Position numbers and translations under genes: made by a program. 64,000 nt of DNA, taken from IMG/VR virus record IMGVR_UViG_3300032053_000002, positions 124,001 to 188,000 of that record; one strand, given 5' to 3'. The notes beneath the pieces are model-generated. The model was not told the origin of the DNA and made no database searches. It worked only from the letters and a program-made list of their open reading frames with translations. Below, piece by piece: positions 24,312 through 34,455 of the stretch. Positions within the stretch are counted from its first letter, which is position 1, and every line of letters starts with the position of its first letter.

Positions 24312-25522
24312 ACGGAAACTCCTTTATATCTATTTAATATATTACAGATATATTCAACGTCTTCGTCGTTCATTTCGGGATGATTGGGGACGTAAAATCC
24401 GAATTGGTCGGCTTTGTTGGCGTTATATAGTAATTTGTTTCCATATTTTTGAATGTACATCGGCTGAGTACCCATTGAACCGCATATCAGGGGTCTGGTT
24501 TCCACTCCGGCGTCAATTAAATCATACGTGATAGCGTATTTCATCGGATGAATAACAGGATACGCGAAGTTTGAAACAAAAGTATCGTTTAATGGCTTGG
24601 GTTTCCATCCAGGCAAATTTGGAACGTTTTCTTTCCAGATAAGATTTTGATATGTATTAAAATTTTTATTTCTGATTTCAACATTTTTATTAAGTTTTTT
24701 GAGTTGTAGTAATCCAAGTTTAGCATTTAAATCGGTTGACCTTAAATTAAATCCTGGATGATAAAAAGTCAGAAGCGCATCAAAATTATTTACATTCCAA
24801 TGTTTTCTAAGTAGATTTCTTTTTTCTTCTGGCAAATCCCTGTCCCATCCATGGCTTCGCAACATTAATAACATATGATATAAATCTTCGTCGTTTGTAT
24901 TCACAAATCCGCCTTCAATGGTCGAAATATGATGTCCGAAATAAGTTGAATATGTGCTGGCGATACCAAAATTGCCTAAATGTTTACCATGATATTTTGT
25001 TCCCATTGATTCACAGTTATCCTCAATCAAATCGACATGGTATTGTTTAGAAATATTTACGAGCTTATCCATATTTGGCGAAAACCCAAGAACCGAAACA
25101 GAAATAACGGCGACTATATGGTTGTCGTTTTCTAAGATTGTGGCTAATTGATCTAAATCAAGTGTTAAATCATCCATATTACAATCAACCAACACGGGCT
25201 TAAATCCAAGTTGTATAACCGGTGATAAGTCTGTCGCCCAAGAAATTGCGGGGACAACCACTCTAGCATTTCCGTCATAAAATTTTGCATACGCACTATT
25301 TTTACTTAATAAAGATAACGCGTACAATAAAAGAAGATTCGCGGACGAACCACTATTTACAAACACCGAATATTTAGTTCCGATATATTTTGCCCATTCA
25401 GATTCAAGTTGAACAGTTAGTTCACCTTTGGTCAACCTCGGAAATGTTTTTAACCATTCAATTAATTCGTCAATATCTTGTTTGTCAATTGTATCATTTA
25501 TTAATGCAATTTTTTTCATCAA
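24308..25522 (-). CDS. colD: PLP-dependent GDP-4-keto-6-deoxymannose 3-dehydratase (ColD-like)
   Basis: EDNCESMG; YFGHHISTIEGG has His where DegT aminotransferases have Lys; LRSHGW; adjacent to gmd. Confidence 0.75.
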   Translation of the reverse strand: MMKKIALINDTIDKQDIDELIEWLKTFPRLTKGELTVQLESEWAKYIGTKYSVFVNSGSSANLLLLYALSLLSKNSAYAKFYDGNARVVVPAISWATDLSPVIQLGFKPVLVDCNMDDLTLDLDQLATILENDNHIVAVISVSVLGFSPNMDKLVNISKQYHVDLIEDNCESMGTKYHGKHLGNFGIASTYSTYFGHHISTIEGGFVNTNDEDLYHMLLMLRSHGWDRDLPEEKRNLLRKHWNVNNFDALLTFYHPGFNLRSTDLNAKLGLLQLKKLNKNVEIRNKNFNTYQNLIWKENVPNLPGWKPKPLNDTFVSNFAYPVIHPMKYAITYDLIDAGVETRPLICGSMGTQPMYIQKYGNKLLYNANKADQFGFYVPNHPEMNDEDVEYICNILNRYKGVSV

Positions 25523-26222
25523 TAATCCCTTTCTTTTTCATATCATCAATTATATCCTGTGATAATGTTCTGTTATCATTGATTAAATTAAAATTTAGAG
25601 GCAGGTCAAGTCTTCCTCGTCTTATAGCCTGACATGGTTGAATGACATAATCTCTATATGTCGCCAATATTTTATATCCGTCATTTCTCGCGGCATTAGA
25701 CCCGTATATTTCAAATTCCCATGGCGACCAACCGGGTAATATATATTTTAATAAATATTTTCTATTCCATATCGACCACATTGCCGATAATCGGTAATCA
25801 ACGTTGGGGCGATTAATTATAACATCAAATCCCACTTGCGAACTACAAAAATCAAATGGTCGTAATTTACCATCATTCGTTAAACAAAATCTGCCCAACT
25901 CATCTGTTAGATAGTTTCCAATTATGTGATTATATATAAAAAAATTAACCGGTTGCATAATGAATTGATCTTCTGTTGCCCATACAAAAAATTCATCATC
26001 AATCGACTCAAAAAAAATTTTCAAATCCGTTGACCACATTTGTATTCCACCGGTTTGTTTTCCCATAGAAACAAATGTAAAATTACTCGGTAAATTAAAT
26101 TCGGGCGCATCATACCCCAAAATGGTCACTGATGCGGTTGTACTCCAAAACCTGTTAAACAAGTAAGAAAACACTTTTATTAAAGGCAAACATTGGTCGG
26201 CAGTTGAAATATAAATCTTCAT
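25494..26222 (-). CDS. Putative glycosyltransferase-like protein
   Basis: VWATEDQF (DxD-like), WSIWNRKYL, SPWEFE; island context. Confidence 0.45.
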   Translation of the reverse strand: MKIYISTADQCLPLIKVFSYLFNRFWSTTASVTILGYDAPEFNLPSNFTFVSMGKQTGGIQMWSTDLKIFFESIDDEFFVWATEDQFIMQPVNFFIYNHIIGNYLTDELGRFCLTNDGKLRPFDFCSSQVGFDVIINRPNVDYRLSAMWSIWNRKYLLKYILPGWSPWEFEIYGSNAARNDGYKILATYRDYVIQPCQAIRRGRLDLPLNFNLINDNRTLSQDIIDDMKKKGIIDEKNCINK

Positions 26223-27484
26223 TTATTAAGCACCATATTCCTTTCTTGAATAAATTCTAATATTTCTTTTCTATGTTTTTTTAAATCTTCATTTGATAAT
26301 TTATCATGCGTGAACACAAAATCTCTTTCATCTTCATCTTTATAGAGTCCGACCGTAAATACATAATCACTAAAATTAAGTTGTTTTTTTAATTTAATAT
26401 TATATTTTTCAGGATTGTTATAAATATCAGAACCTGGCAATGGGACAAACGTAGAAAGATCTACCGCGTCCGGATTGGTTTTTTTAATAAAATCAATCAT
26501 ATTTTTACTCACATCACTTTCCTGCCCCGGCAATCCTATCATTAAAAATGCTCTAATTTTAATTCCCGCTTCTTTTGTATTATGGATCGCTTCATAGATT
26601 TCACTAACATTAACCCCTTTATTATTTATATCTAAAACATTTTGAGAAACGTCTTCAATTCCAAAATCTAATTCATAACACCCAGCATCAAACATTTTTT
26701 TTAGAACGTCTTTTTCAGCAAAATCTATTCTTGTATTCGCTCTCCATTTGATATTCAAATCTTTTATTGTATCGCAAAATTCAAATACCCACTTTTTGTT
26801 GGATGTTAAAGTATCATCTTGAAATCTAAATTGTTTTATATCGTATTTATTAATAATATCACGTATTTCTAGCGAAACATTTTCTGGGCTTCTATATCGC
26901 AATCTTCTTTTCCAGATGCTATTGATAGCACAGAAAGAACAGTTGAAAGGACATCCACGAGACGCAATTATAGAAGTTGCGTCTTCTCCCCTTTCGCAAA
27001 GATATTTACTAATAAAAGAATCTTTTGGAAGAAGATGTCTAGCCGGAAAGGGCAAATCGCTTATATTTTTTATTAATTTCGCCTCGTATACATTTTTAAG
27101 ATTGTTTTTTTCATAATCGTTTATCGCATCAATTGTAGATAACTCGCCTTCTCCAATTATTACAGAATCAAATATTTCATCAACTTTGGATGCGGTTCCA
27201 TGCATTCCACCGAGAATTATTTTGCATCTATTATCTCTTCCTTTTAGCAATTTCGCGAGTTTTAAAACGGTTGGATATTCCGGTGTAGTAGCCGTAATCC
27301 CATATATCTCATTTTGTGGCACAAAATTTAACCATCCACGTTCTTCAATATTCCGTAAATCTATCATTTCTACCAAAAATCCGTTCGTTTCAAGATATGA
27401 CGCAATATACATTATACCCAGAGACGGATTGCGTTTCTGGTCTCCTAAAAATAGTGATGGTGGTATTATTAGAATTATTTTCAT
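26219..27484 (-). CDS. B12-binding radical SAM enzyme (class B methylase-like)
   Basis: N-terminal PSLGIMYIASYL B12-binding domain; SRGCPFNCSFC; FQDDT. Confidence 0.9.
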   Translation of the reverse strand: MKIILIIPPSLFLGDQKRNPSLGIMYIASYLETNGFLVEMIDLRNIEERGWLNFVPQNEIYGITATTPEYPTVLKLAKLLKGRDNRCKIILGGMHGTASKVDEIFDSVIIGEGELSTIDAINDYEKNNLKNVYEAKLIKNISDLPFPARHLLPKDSFISKYLCERGEDATSIIASRGCPFNCSFCAINSIWKRRLRYRSPENVSLEIRDIINKYDIKQFRFQDDTLTSNKKWVFEFCDTIKDLNIKWRANTRIDFAEKDVLKKMFDAGCYELDFGIEDVSQNVLDINNKGVNVSEIYEAIHNTKEAGIKIRAFLMIGLPGQESDVSKNMIDFIKKTNPDAVDLSTFVPLPGSDIYNNPEKYNIKLKKQLNFSDYVFTVGLYKDEDERDFVFTHDKLSNEDLKKHRKEILEFIQERNMVLNK

Positions 27485-27490
27485 AACGAA

Positions 27491-27874
27491 TTATTTTTTG
27501 TTGTTTTTTAAACGACCTTTATTTTCCTTACGATTTTTATATTTGTTTTCTTCATTTTTCATTTTTGTTTTTTTAATTTCAGAAAACTTTTCGAAATTTT
27601 CTTCTTGTTCGTCAAGTTCTTCAAAATCCTCGATTTCTCTAAGATTTATTTTAGGCATTTTAATTTTCTCCTCTAAGTTTTTCGTTAGGTCGTTTATGTT
27701 TAAATTGGAAGGTACTACTGATACTATTCCGAAATGATGCAATGATTTGAAGTTCCCCATCGCGAATTTTGTCGCCTCGAAAATGGAATAAGACATCACA
27801 TCGCACAATTTTTGCGGTTGTGTATGTTCATTTTCCATATAAACCATGTATGATTTTAATTGATTTTTTTTCAT
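27491..27874 (-). CDS. Hypothetical protein with charged C-terminal tail
   Basis: 127-aa ORF. Confidence 0.6.
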   Translation of the reverse strand: MKKNQLKSYMVYMENEHTQPQKLCDVMSYSIFEATKFAMGNFKSLHHFGIVSVVPSNLNINDLTKNLEEKIKMPKINLREIEDFEELDEQEENFEKFSEIKKTKMKNEENKYKNRKENKGRLKNNKK

Positions 27875-28161
27875 TTAAATAAATTATTAAACCACGCCGT
27901 TATCTTTTTAACTCTTTCATATTTCCATAAGTATTTAGAAAAAAAAATATGCAAGGGCGAAACATATGTTGCATCTATCAACTCTTGTATTGTGTGCTGA
28001 TAAATATCATCGGCGAGAATAATGAATCCTATTGTAATAATTACTTTCGCTACTATAATGAGAATTATGTAGTGAATAGCAATTGCCAGCCATAATAAAA
28101 GAGCGCCAAAAATCACCAAACCAATTCCTAGATATCCATGATGCCATTCTCTCCAAGTCAT
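27871..28161 (-). CDS. Small membrane protein
   Basis: Two TM helices; HHGYLG, DDIYQH. Confidence 0.65.
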   Translation of the reverse strand: MTWREWHHGYLGIGLVIFGALLLWLAIAIHYIILIIVAKVIITIGFIILADDIYQHTIQELIDATYVSPLHIFFSKYLWKYERVKKITAWFNNLFK

Positions 28162-28583
28162 TTTTTATTCTCCAATTTGTAAATTTCATAGTCGCGATTT
28201 TTTTCAATTGACTCTAAGGATAAATATACTAATCTTTGTTTATAGTCTCGTACTGAATAATCTTTTTTTATATCTCTTCTAACCGCAATATACGCCTTTC
28301 CGTTTGGAGTTAATAGTCTTTTTATTTTCTTGAGTATTGTCGCCTGAACTACTTCTGAAACAACATTCAACACAAACAAACAGGTAATAGTATCAAATTT
28401 TTCTTCAGGAACGGTGGGATTCCAGTGCGGGTCATACGATTCTGTTTTTAATATTTTCGCATCTTCTCCCTGACCGCAACCATAATCTAAAATTCTTCCC
28501 ACCAATAATTTATTATCGGCAAGAAATTTCATCGGCCGGGACAAGGATTTTCTTTTAATGGCGGCTTTCCAGGAAGTATTCAT
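28158..28583 (-). CDS. Small class I SAM-dependent methyltransferase
   Basis: ILDYGCGQGED; YDPH; FDTITCLFVLNV. Confidence 0.85.
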   Translation of the reverse strand: MNTSWKAAIKRKSLSRPMKFLADNKLLVGRILDYGCGQGEDAKILKTESYDPHWNPTVPEEKFDTITCLFVLNVVSEVVQATILKKIKRLLTPNGKAYIAVRRDIKKDYSVRDYKQRLVYLSLESIEKNRDYEIYKLENKK

Positions 28584-28585
28584 AA

Positions 28586-29785
28586 TTATCTATTCATCGA
28601 TTTATCACAAAAAATTAATTCCCGTTCATAATGTTTTACGCGACTAACTATAACAGTAAATATATCAAATTGATAATTTCCAACTTCGGTTAGTTGGTCG
28701 CCCAATATGAAGGGCATCTCGGCGACATAATTAAAAGTTTCTCTCGTCGCTTTTCTGGCGTCAAACTTAATCATAATATCAGGTTCAAAAAGAGTTTTAT
28801 TTTTTTCATTTGGAAATACTCTTTTAGTTAAATCATAAAAAGTATTCGGTTGCTCTTCTTTAATATATTTTTCGCATTCACCAACTGGCAAATCTGTGAA
28901 GATGCGTGTTGAATACGGCTCCAAAAAGTGCAACAAATCCAGAGTTACTCCTGAAACGGAATATGTGATCTGATATTTGTGCGGGATAGTTGGTCTTAAA
29001 TAATTGTCGTGTTTAACCATTGCGCCCCATTTGCGAATAAAGTTTCTTTCTGACCGACGATTTTGTATCAACCATTCTATTGAAGGAGTTCCCACCGTAG
29101 TGAGTTGCGGTTGAAATCTTGATCCGCGACAGGTCATATGATAGCAAAAAGAGTTCCACGTCTGTATTGGTTCATACCCCGCCAGAATAAATCTATTGAA
29201 AATATCAGAGTCTTCTCGCGACTGCGGAGCAAAAAGAGGATCGTGCCCACCAATTTTTAAAAAATCTTCCTTGTGTATCGCCCACGGCGCGAACATCCCC
29301 TTTGTTTTTTCTGAACTTTTTTGTTTTTCCGCAAACTCCAAAAAATCCTTTTCTATAAATTGTTCTGGTTCAGTACCATATGCGGCTAATATCTTTTCTG
29401 GGCCGGGCGGGTGGATTGGTGGTTCTATTCTGGTAACAGATACTACTGTTTTCGGTTTTATTAAATCAGATATTTCAGTATCCATTCCAGGGATTGCGTG
29501 CATGTCCGCGTGCCAGATCATTATTATTTCGTTTGTCGCCGAGTCGATTAACCGGTCGTATAGTATGGTGTGACCGAGACGAGTTGGGCCTTCGTTACGA
29601 AATATCCGAACATTCTTATCTTTTTCGGCGACCTCTTGTAGCCATTTCCACGTTCCATCGTTGGAAAAGTCGTCGTACATACAGATTTCGTGAGATGGGT
29701 CGCAATGTTTTCTTAGCGAATTATACGACCATTTTAAGTACTGTAAATTGTTTCGGCTTGGAACTATAAAACTGATTTTTTTCAT
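28586..29785 (-). CDS. GT2-family glycosyltransferase
   Basis: ISFIVPSRNN, DDFSNDGT, WHADM, REDSD. Confidence 0.85.
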   Translation of the reverse strand: MKKISFIVPSRNNLQYLKWSYNSLRKHCDPSHEICMYDDFSNDGTWKWLQEVAEKDKNVRIFRNEGPTRLGHTILYDRLIDSATNEIIMIWHADMHAIPGMDTEISDLIKPKTVVSVTRIEPPIHPPGPEKILAAYGTEPEQFIEKDFLEFAEKQKSSEKTKGMFAPWAIHKEDFLKIGGHDPLFAPQSREDSDIFNRFILAGYEPIQTWNSFCYHMTCRGSRFQPQLTTVGTPSIEWLIQNRRSERNFIRKWGAMVKHDNYLRPTIPHKYQITYSVSGVTLDLLHFLEPYSTRIFTDLPVGECEKYIKEEQPNTFYDLTKRVFPNEKNKTLFEPDIMIKFDARKATRETFNYVAEMPFILGDQLTEVGNYQFDIFTVIVSRVKHYERELIFCDKSMNR

Positions 29786-30018
29786 CCAAGTTTCTCCACA
29801 AGTTTTTCTTTAAACTTAATAATGGCCGGATTTTTTCCGCACATTGGAAAATCGTTTATCACAGTATTACTCGTTATGACCGTGTTGCAGTATTCACACG
29901 CATAATAATCAGGTCGCAATTCAATCCAAAAATGAGAGTTGAAAACCCAATCTTGCAGCATATTTTCTTTTTCGTCTTTTATATCCGTTGGTTTAAATGG
30001 TTCAAGTCTTTTAAGCAT
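29782..30018 (-). CDS. Hypothetical protein (CxxC)
   Basis: CEYC...C. Confidence 0.6.
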   Translation of the reverse strand: MLKRLEPFKPTDIKDEKENMLQDWVFNSHFWIELRPDYYACEYCNTVITSNTVINDFPMCGKNPAIIKFKEKLVEKLG

Positions 30019-30358
30019 AACTACCTCCCGTTTTTATTTTTAAAATCTTTTTTTCTATATCTTTGATTTTAATCTCTTCCGCTTCAGATTTGTTGTCGCT
30101 TCCGCGCTCTAAAAATATAATGTCGCCATCATTATAAAATTCAAACAAATAATACATATAATCTATTCTGAAAAATTCCATTATGACACCCTCCTCGGAA
30201 GAAGCGACTACTAAATCAGGAAGAAAATTATTTTTAGTGAAGATATTTACCGCTTCTATTGCATTTTTGATGGCGACATCATTTGGAGGGTTCGACTCAT
30301 ACGAATCAAATCCTACGGGTAAATCTTTGAAAGAAAGAATTTTACTTATTAAGTCCAC
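30011..30358 (-). CDS. Hypothetical protein
   Basis: 115-aa ORF, FDSYESNPP...AIKNA. Confidence 0.65.
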   Translation of the reverse strand: MDLISKILSFKDLPVGFDSYESNPPNDVAIKNAIEAVNIFTKNNFLPDLVVASSEEGVIMEFFRIDYMYYLFEFYNDGDIIFLERGSDNKSEAEEIKIKDIEKKILKIKTGGSYA

Positions 30359-30360
30359 TT

Positions 30361-31086
30361 TTATTTTTCTTTAGACGCTTTTTTTCGGTCTTCATCCGTA
30401 ATTTCATAATCTCCGGTGGTACGATATGACGCGACTACTGTATTTACTGCGGAATATAAATTCATCGTTCCTATCGCATTCGCATTATAAGTTAGTGAAG
30501 ATTTTGCTGAGATTCCATATTGAGACGCCGTGGTAATTGCATCCTGATTTGCTCCCAAAAATATAAATTCCCATTTATTATTTTCTTTTTTATCGGTAAT
30601 GAGTTTGAAAATATGTTTAGCATCAAATTCTTTACTATTATTTTCGTAACCATCCGTCATAACAATAATCATAACTTTTTTAGGCTTATCACTTTCGGCT
30701 AATAAACGTATTCTATCTTCCGTCGATTCTATGGTTCTACCTATCGCATCTAGTAAAGAAGTCATTCCTCTCGGAACAAAAGTGCTATCATCCAATTCGT
30801 TTGCGGTTTGTATATCTGCTCCGGTATAGACAACTTCATATTCATGATCAAATTGGAATAAAGAAAATAACGCTCTATCTTTTAACTTTTTCTGTTTTTT
30901 AAGAAATTCATTAAATCCTCCGATAACATCGTTTTTAATAGACGACATCGACCCCGACCGGTCTAATACAAATGATATGTCCGTGTAGTTTTGAGATCCT
31001 ACTTTTTTACTATAATGTTTTTTAATGTAGTTATTCCTTTTTTTTCTAATCACGGACTCTTCTTTTTTGTTAAGTTTTTTTTTCAT
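30361..31086 (-). CDS. Stand-alone vWA-domain protein
   Basis: VLDRSGSM, PRGMTSLLDAIG, MTDGYEN, IFLGAN. Confidence 0.9.
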   Translation of the reverse strand: MKKKLNKKEESVIRKKRNNYIKKHYSKKVGSQNYTDISFVLDRSGSMSSIKNDVIGGFNEFLKKQKKLKDRALFSLFQFDHEYEVVYTGADIQTANELDDSTFVPRGMTSLLDAIGRTIESTEDRIRLLAESDKPKKVMIIVMTDGYENNSKEFDAKHIFKLITDKKENNKWEFIFLGANQDAITTASQYGISAKSSLTYNANAIGTMNLYSAVNTVVASYRTTGDYEITDEDRKKASKEK

Positions 31087-31122
31087 TTTTTGTTTCTCCT
31101 ATTTTTAAATTATAACTCGTTT

Positions 31123-31519
31123 TTAATTATTTGAAAATGGATTTTTAGTTAAATCGTTTTCCGCCTTTTTCTCGCCTCGTGAACTTAAACTGAAAACAAT
31201 GTCGTCTTTTTCGGGCGAATAATCTATAAGGACATCAAAATTGAGGACGGATTTTAATAACGCCAGTCCTATAAATATGGTATCCGCCCCATTTAAGAAT
31301 TTTTTCTACTTCATTTACATCAAATCCTTTGTTATTTCGAGAAACCCCCAGATTCGTAATCAATCTTATAGCAATTTCATCAGTCAACTCATGATTTGTG
31401 TTAATCAGAGTTTTTAATTCTTCGCTAACATTTTCGAGAAATTCTTCCGGGTTGCTGGACAGAAGTTTTTTTATTTTCTCGTCATTTTTTTGATTGCCTC
31501 TTGCCGATTTTGACTTCAT
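31123..31519 (-). pseudogene. Hypothetical gene apparently split by a 1-bp insertion (or assembly error)
   Basis: Removing one C from CCCC at 31287-31290 gives a continuous 131-aa ORF from ATG 31519 (GGAG RBS) to TAA 31123. Confidence 0.55.
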
Positions 31520-31529
31520 TTCTCCTCTC

Positions 31530-32324
31530 CTATCTATTTTCAAACAACTTATTGGGGTCATTTGCTATATGTTTATAATCTTTTACTTTGCTCACACTCA
31601 TGCCTTTATAATGGTAAATAAATGCGGTTTTACACACGGCAGAGAAATCATTGTTCGGAATAAGGGTTGACCAGTTAAATTGGTCTTCGGCTTTATCCAT
31701 CAAGAATTTCGAGTCGAATAAGAATCCGTCGTCTCTTTCATATTTAATAATATTACGACTCATCATAAAAAAGAAACCATTAAACATTTTCATGCGAAGT
31801 GGATCTAAAAAATATAAATTATTTTCTTTAGTTAATTTGGTTTTAATACTTAAAATCTGATCCTGAACGATTTGATAATTAACATCGAGAGTAACAAAAT
31901 TTGCGTCTAATTGGTAATGATTTTCTATTCCTTGAAATTGGCCGTTGTGCCCTGCTCCGTATCTAGTTGACAGTGGTACAACCAATGAAAACGGCCATTT
32001 ATTAAAAACATCAACCATTTCGCTTAATGCGCCATTTGGAACGAGAATATCATTATTGGTGAGAACAATATATTTATAATTCGCGTTATCTTTAAAATGT
32101 TTATATGCATTGTTCCACGAATCAGTTAATCCTCTCCCCGTATCCTTTTCTTTAATCGTAACAGTGTTTTTATAACACCATTGTTGAGTGCCATCCTTTG
32201 ATACATCGTCAAATATCATTAAATCATAATTTACGTCGGTTATTTTTTTAATCGATTCGACACATAATTTAGTGAAAGGCAATTGATTGTATGTAGTAAC
32301 CGCCAATAAAATTTGATCAGGCAT
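31530..32324 (-). CDS. GT2-family glycosyltransferase
   Basis: AVTTYN, FDDVSKDGT, LTNNDIL; start set at MPDQ. Confidence 0.8.
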   Translation of the reverse strand: MPDQILLAVTTYNQLPFTKLCVESIKKITDVNYDLMIFDDVSKDGTQQWCYKNTVTIKEKDTGRGLTDSWNNAYKHFKDNANYKYIVLTNNDILVPNGALSEMVDVFNKWPFSLVVPLSTRYGAGHNGQFQGIENHYQLDANFVTLDVNYQIVQDQILSIKTKLTKENNLYFLDPLRMKMFNGFFFMMSRNIIKYERDDGFLFDSKFLMDKAEDQFNWSTLIPNNDFSAVCKTAFIYHYKGMSVSKVKDYKHIANDPNKLFENR

Positions 32325-32502
32325 TAGCACTCTCAACTTCGATTTTGTATTTCGCAAGTAATGCAATGAGTGCCTCTTCTAAAACGGCGTGTTGACTAGA
32401 TTTTTTGTTTTCTTTGATTGTTTTCAAAACGACTAACTCTTCCAGTAACACTTTTGTATCTTCTGAAACCTTAAAATTTAAATTTACTTTATGGCTTTCC
32501 AT
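32317..32502 (-). CDS. Ribbon-helix-helix-like DNA-binding protein
   Basis: VNLNFKV beta strand followed by two helices (SEDTKVLLEEL, SQHAVLEEAL). Confidence 0.6.
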   Translation of the reverse strand: MESHKVNLNFKVSEDTKVLLEELVVLKTIKENKKSSQHAVLEEALIALLAKYKIEVESANA

Positions 32503-32525
32503 TTTTTTCCTCTATTTTATACTTT

Positions 32526-32541
32526 ATAGTATTTATACTAT
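32526..32541 (-). promoter_or_regulatory. TATAAATA (T4-late-like) box inside an inverted repeat
   Basis: ATAGTA-TAAA-TACTAT on the minus strand, 24-39 bp upstream of the RHH start. Confidence 0.4.
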
Positions 32542-32563
32542 TTATTTTAAAGAAAGTTCCATT

Positions 32564-33541
32564 TCATCTAAATAGTTCGTTGATAACGTTGTTAATATAT
32601 GGTATATAATTCTTTTCATTATATAACGATTTATTAAAATTTTCTCGGGCTTCCAATTCGCACTCTTTTCTAAAAACTTCGTCGGTCTTTAATTTTTTTG
32701 CTAATTTTGTCGCCGTGAGAATATCGCCATCACTAACACTTAGTTTTGGCTGGCAGCTTTCTTGCGTATCCAACCCCCTATATCCGATGCAAGGAATTCC
32801 ATAAAAAGAGCAATTCAAAGTAAACGTTCCTGCGGCGTGAGTCGGCATTAAATGCACCCCAAAGGAAAATTGTGAAAGTTGTCTCATCCATTCCAACCAA
32901 TCAACAAACGGTATATGAATTAACTCCAAATCTTCTTCCTGTTTTATTCTTCTTCCCATACTAGGAGCATATATTGGGTAACCGAATGTTTGGGCGACAA
33001 TATAAGAATCGAATCCCCCATACCATCTAACCATATTTCCACCAATTATAGTCAATTCCCGTCTATTGACAATATTTTGTGAAAGTCTTTCTGTAATCAT
33101 TAAAGTCGGGTTAATAACAGTTTTAACTCCAGTAAGTCCTTGATAATAACTGGCATCTTTTTTATTGTGCGCCCAAATCATATCAAATTCTGTTAAAATA
33201 TTATAATACCAAACCTGTTCTGCCATAGAAAAATCTTGGAAATACCAATGCGGCCCCTCTTGCATCATTATCATTTTTTTAGAATTTTTTTTAATTTTTT
33301 CTATCGAATTCAGTTGAATTAGAGCGGTTATATTTTTTTTAGGTAATGTTACAATAGATAAATCAAATTTTATATCAGGAACATTAAATCTTGTATCGGG
33401 AACATTAAAAATACAATAGTGAGTCGCGTTTAAAACATGCATCCACGCCGAGTCATTTCTCATATTACGATGATCTCTAGGAATTTTTCCGACCCAGTTG
33501 CCCTCTGTAAACCACGCAATGTTTAAGTCTTTTATTTCCAT
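32564..33541 (-). CDS. Putative GT-B glycosyltransferase-like protein
   Basis: MQEGPHW, GTFTLNCSFYGIPCIGY C-terminal GT-B-like segment; context. Confidence 0.5.
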   Translation of the reverse strand: MEIKDLNIAWFTEGNWVGKIPRDHRNMRNDSAWMHVLNATHYCIFNVPDTRFNVPDIKFDLSIVTLPKKNITALIQLNSIEKIKKNSKKMIMMQEGPHWYFQDFSMAEQVWYYNILTEFDMIWAHNKKDASYYQGLTGVKTVINPTLMITERLSQNIVNRRELTIIGGNMVRWYGGFDSYIVAQTFGYPIYAPSMGRRIKQEEDLELIHIPFVDWLEWMRQLSQFSFGVHLMPTHAAGTFTLNCSFYGIPCIGYRGLDTQESCQPKLSVSDGDILTATKLAKKLKTDEVFRKECELEARENFNKSLYNEKNYIPYINNVINELFR

Positions 33542-34455
33542 ATCAGGTCTTCCATTTCTTTGATAGACATTTTTTCCGCCGTTAAAGAAGAATACTTTTC
33601 AAGCAATCTTGTATTCGAATTGGTATTCTTTTCATTTTTAATGTATATAAAGTCGCCTTCGACATATGAATATAATATTTCCATATCATTTATTAAATCT
33701 TCATTTATTTTTTCGCCTTCTCTATCTCCTACTATCATTACTTTGTCGGAAATGATTTTTGCTAAAGAATACATATTTACTGATTTTGATTTATACAATC
33801 CGATTATTCCACCGCCATTTTTTACTGTATATTCCAGTACGTTTTTTATCGTAGTCGCCGCATTTTCTTGGCTCAACATCAATCTATTCATATCGGGATT
33901 AGTAAGTAACAAGGGCTCTCCATTTTCTTTTAGTGATAACCAGTATGGTATAACGGAACCGGTACTGTGCGCGACATTAGCAAACCTGACTATCGAAAAT
34001 TTATTTTTTTCAGAATTGGAATTCAAAAAACACTTTTCCATTAAATACTTAGTTGACCCGTATACATTGCTCGGAGAACACGCTTTATCTGTGCTGATAA
34101 ATAATGTGACTGGAACATTGGTGCGTAAAGACGCATCTATAACGTTTAAACCGCCCGTTATATTTACTTTACACGCATACGTTGGATTTTTTTCAATCAA
34201 ATCAACGTGTTTTAATGCTGCGGTATGAATCACCGCATGCGGTTTAACTTCAGAAAAAACTTTTAATAAAAATCCGGCGTCTTCAATTCCTCCCGAATAC
34301 GTTTTAATGCCAGGAAATTCCCTATTCAATTTTACTGAATTTATTTCCGTTCTATTCACATTTATAAATTCGTAATCGTTTTTATATTTCCTTATAAAAG
34401 AACTTCCAATAGTCCCGCTTCCGCCGGTTACAAGAATTTTCATATTACTCGCCAT
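33532..34455 (-). CDS. UDP-GlcNAc 4,6-dehydratase-like (PseB/CapD family)
   Basis: TGGSGTIG, HTAALKHV, ISTDKAC.P.NVYGSTK, VRFANV..S.GSVIP. Confidence 0.85.
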   Translation of the reverse strand: MASNMKILVTGGSGTIGSSFIRKYKNDYEFINVNRTEINSVKLNREFPGIKTYSGGIEDAGFLLKVFSEVKPHAVIHTAALKHVDLIEKNPTYACKVNITGGLNVIDASLRTNVPVTLFISTDKACSPSNVYGSTKYLMEKCFLNSNSEKNKFSIVRFANVAHSTGSVIPYWLSLKENGEPLLLTNPDMNRLMLSQENAATTIKNVLEYTVKNGGGIIGLYKSKSVNMYSLAKIISDKVMIVGDREGEKINEDLINDMEILYSYVEGDFIYIKNEKNTNSNTRLLEKYSSLTAEKMSIKEMEDLIWK

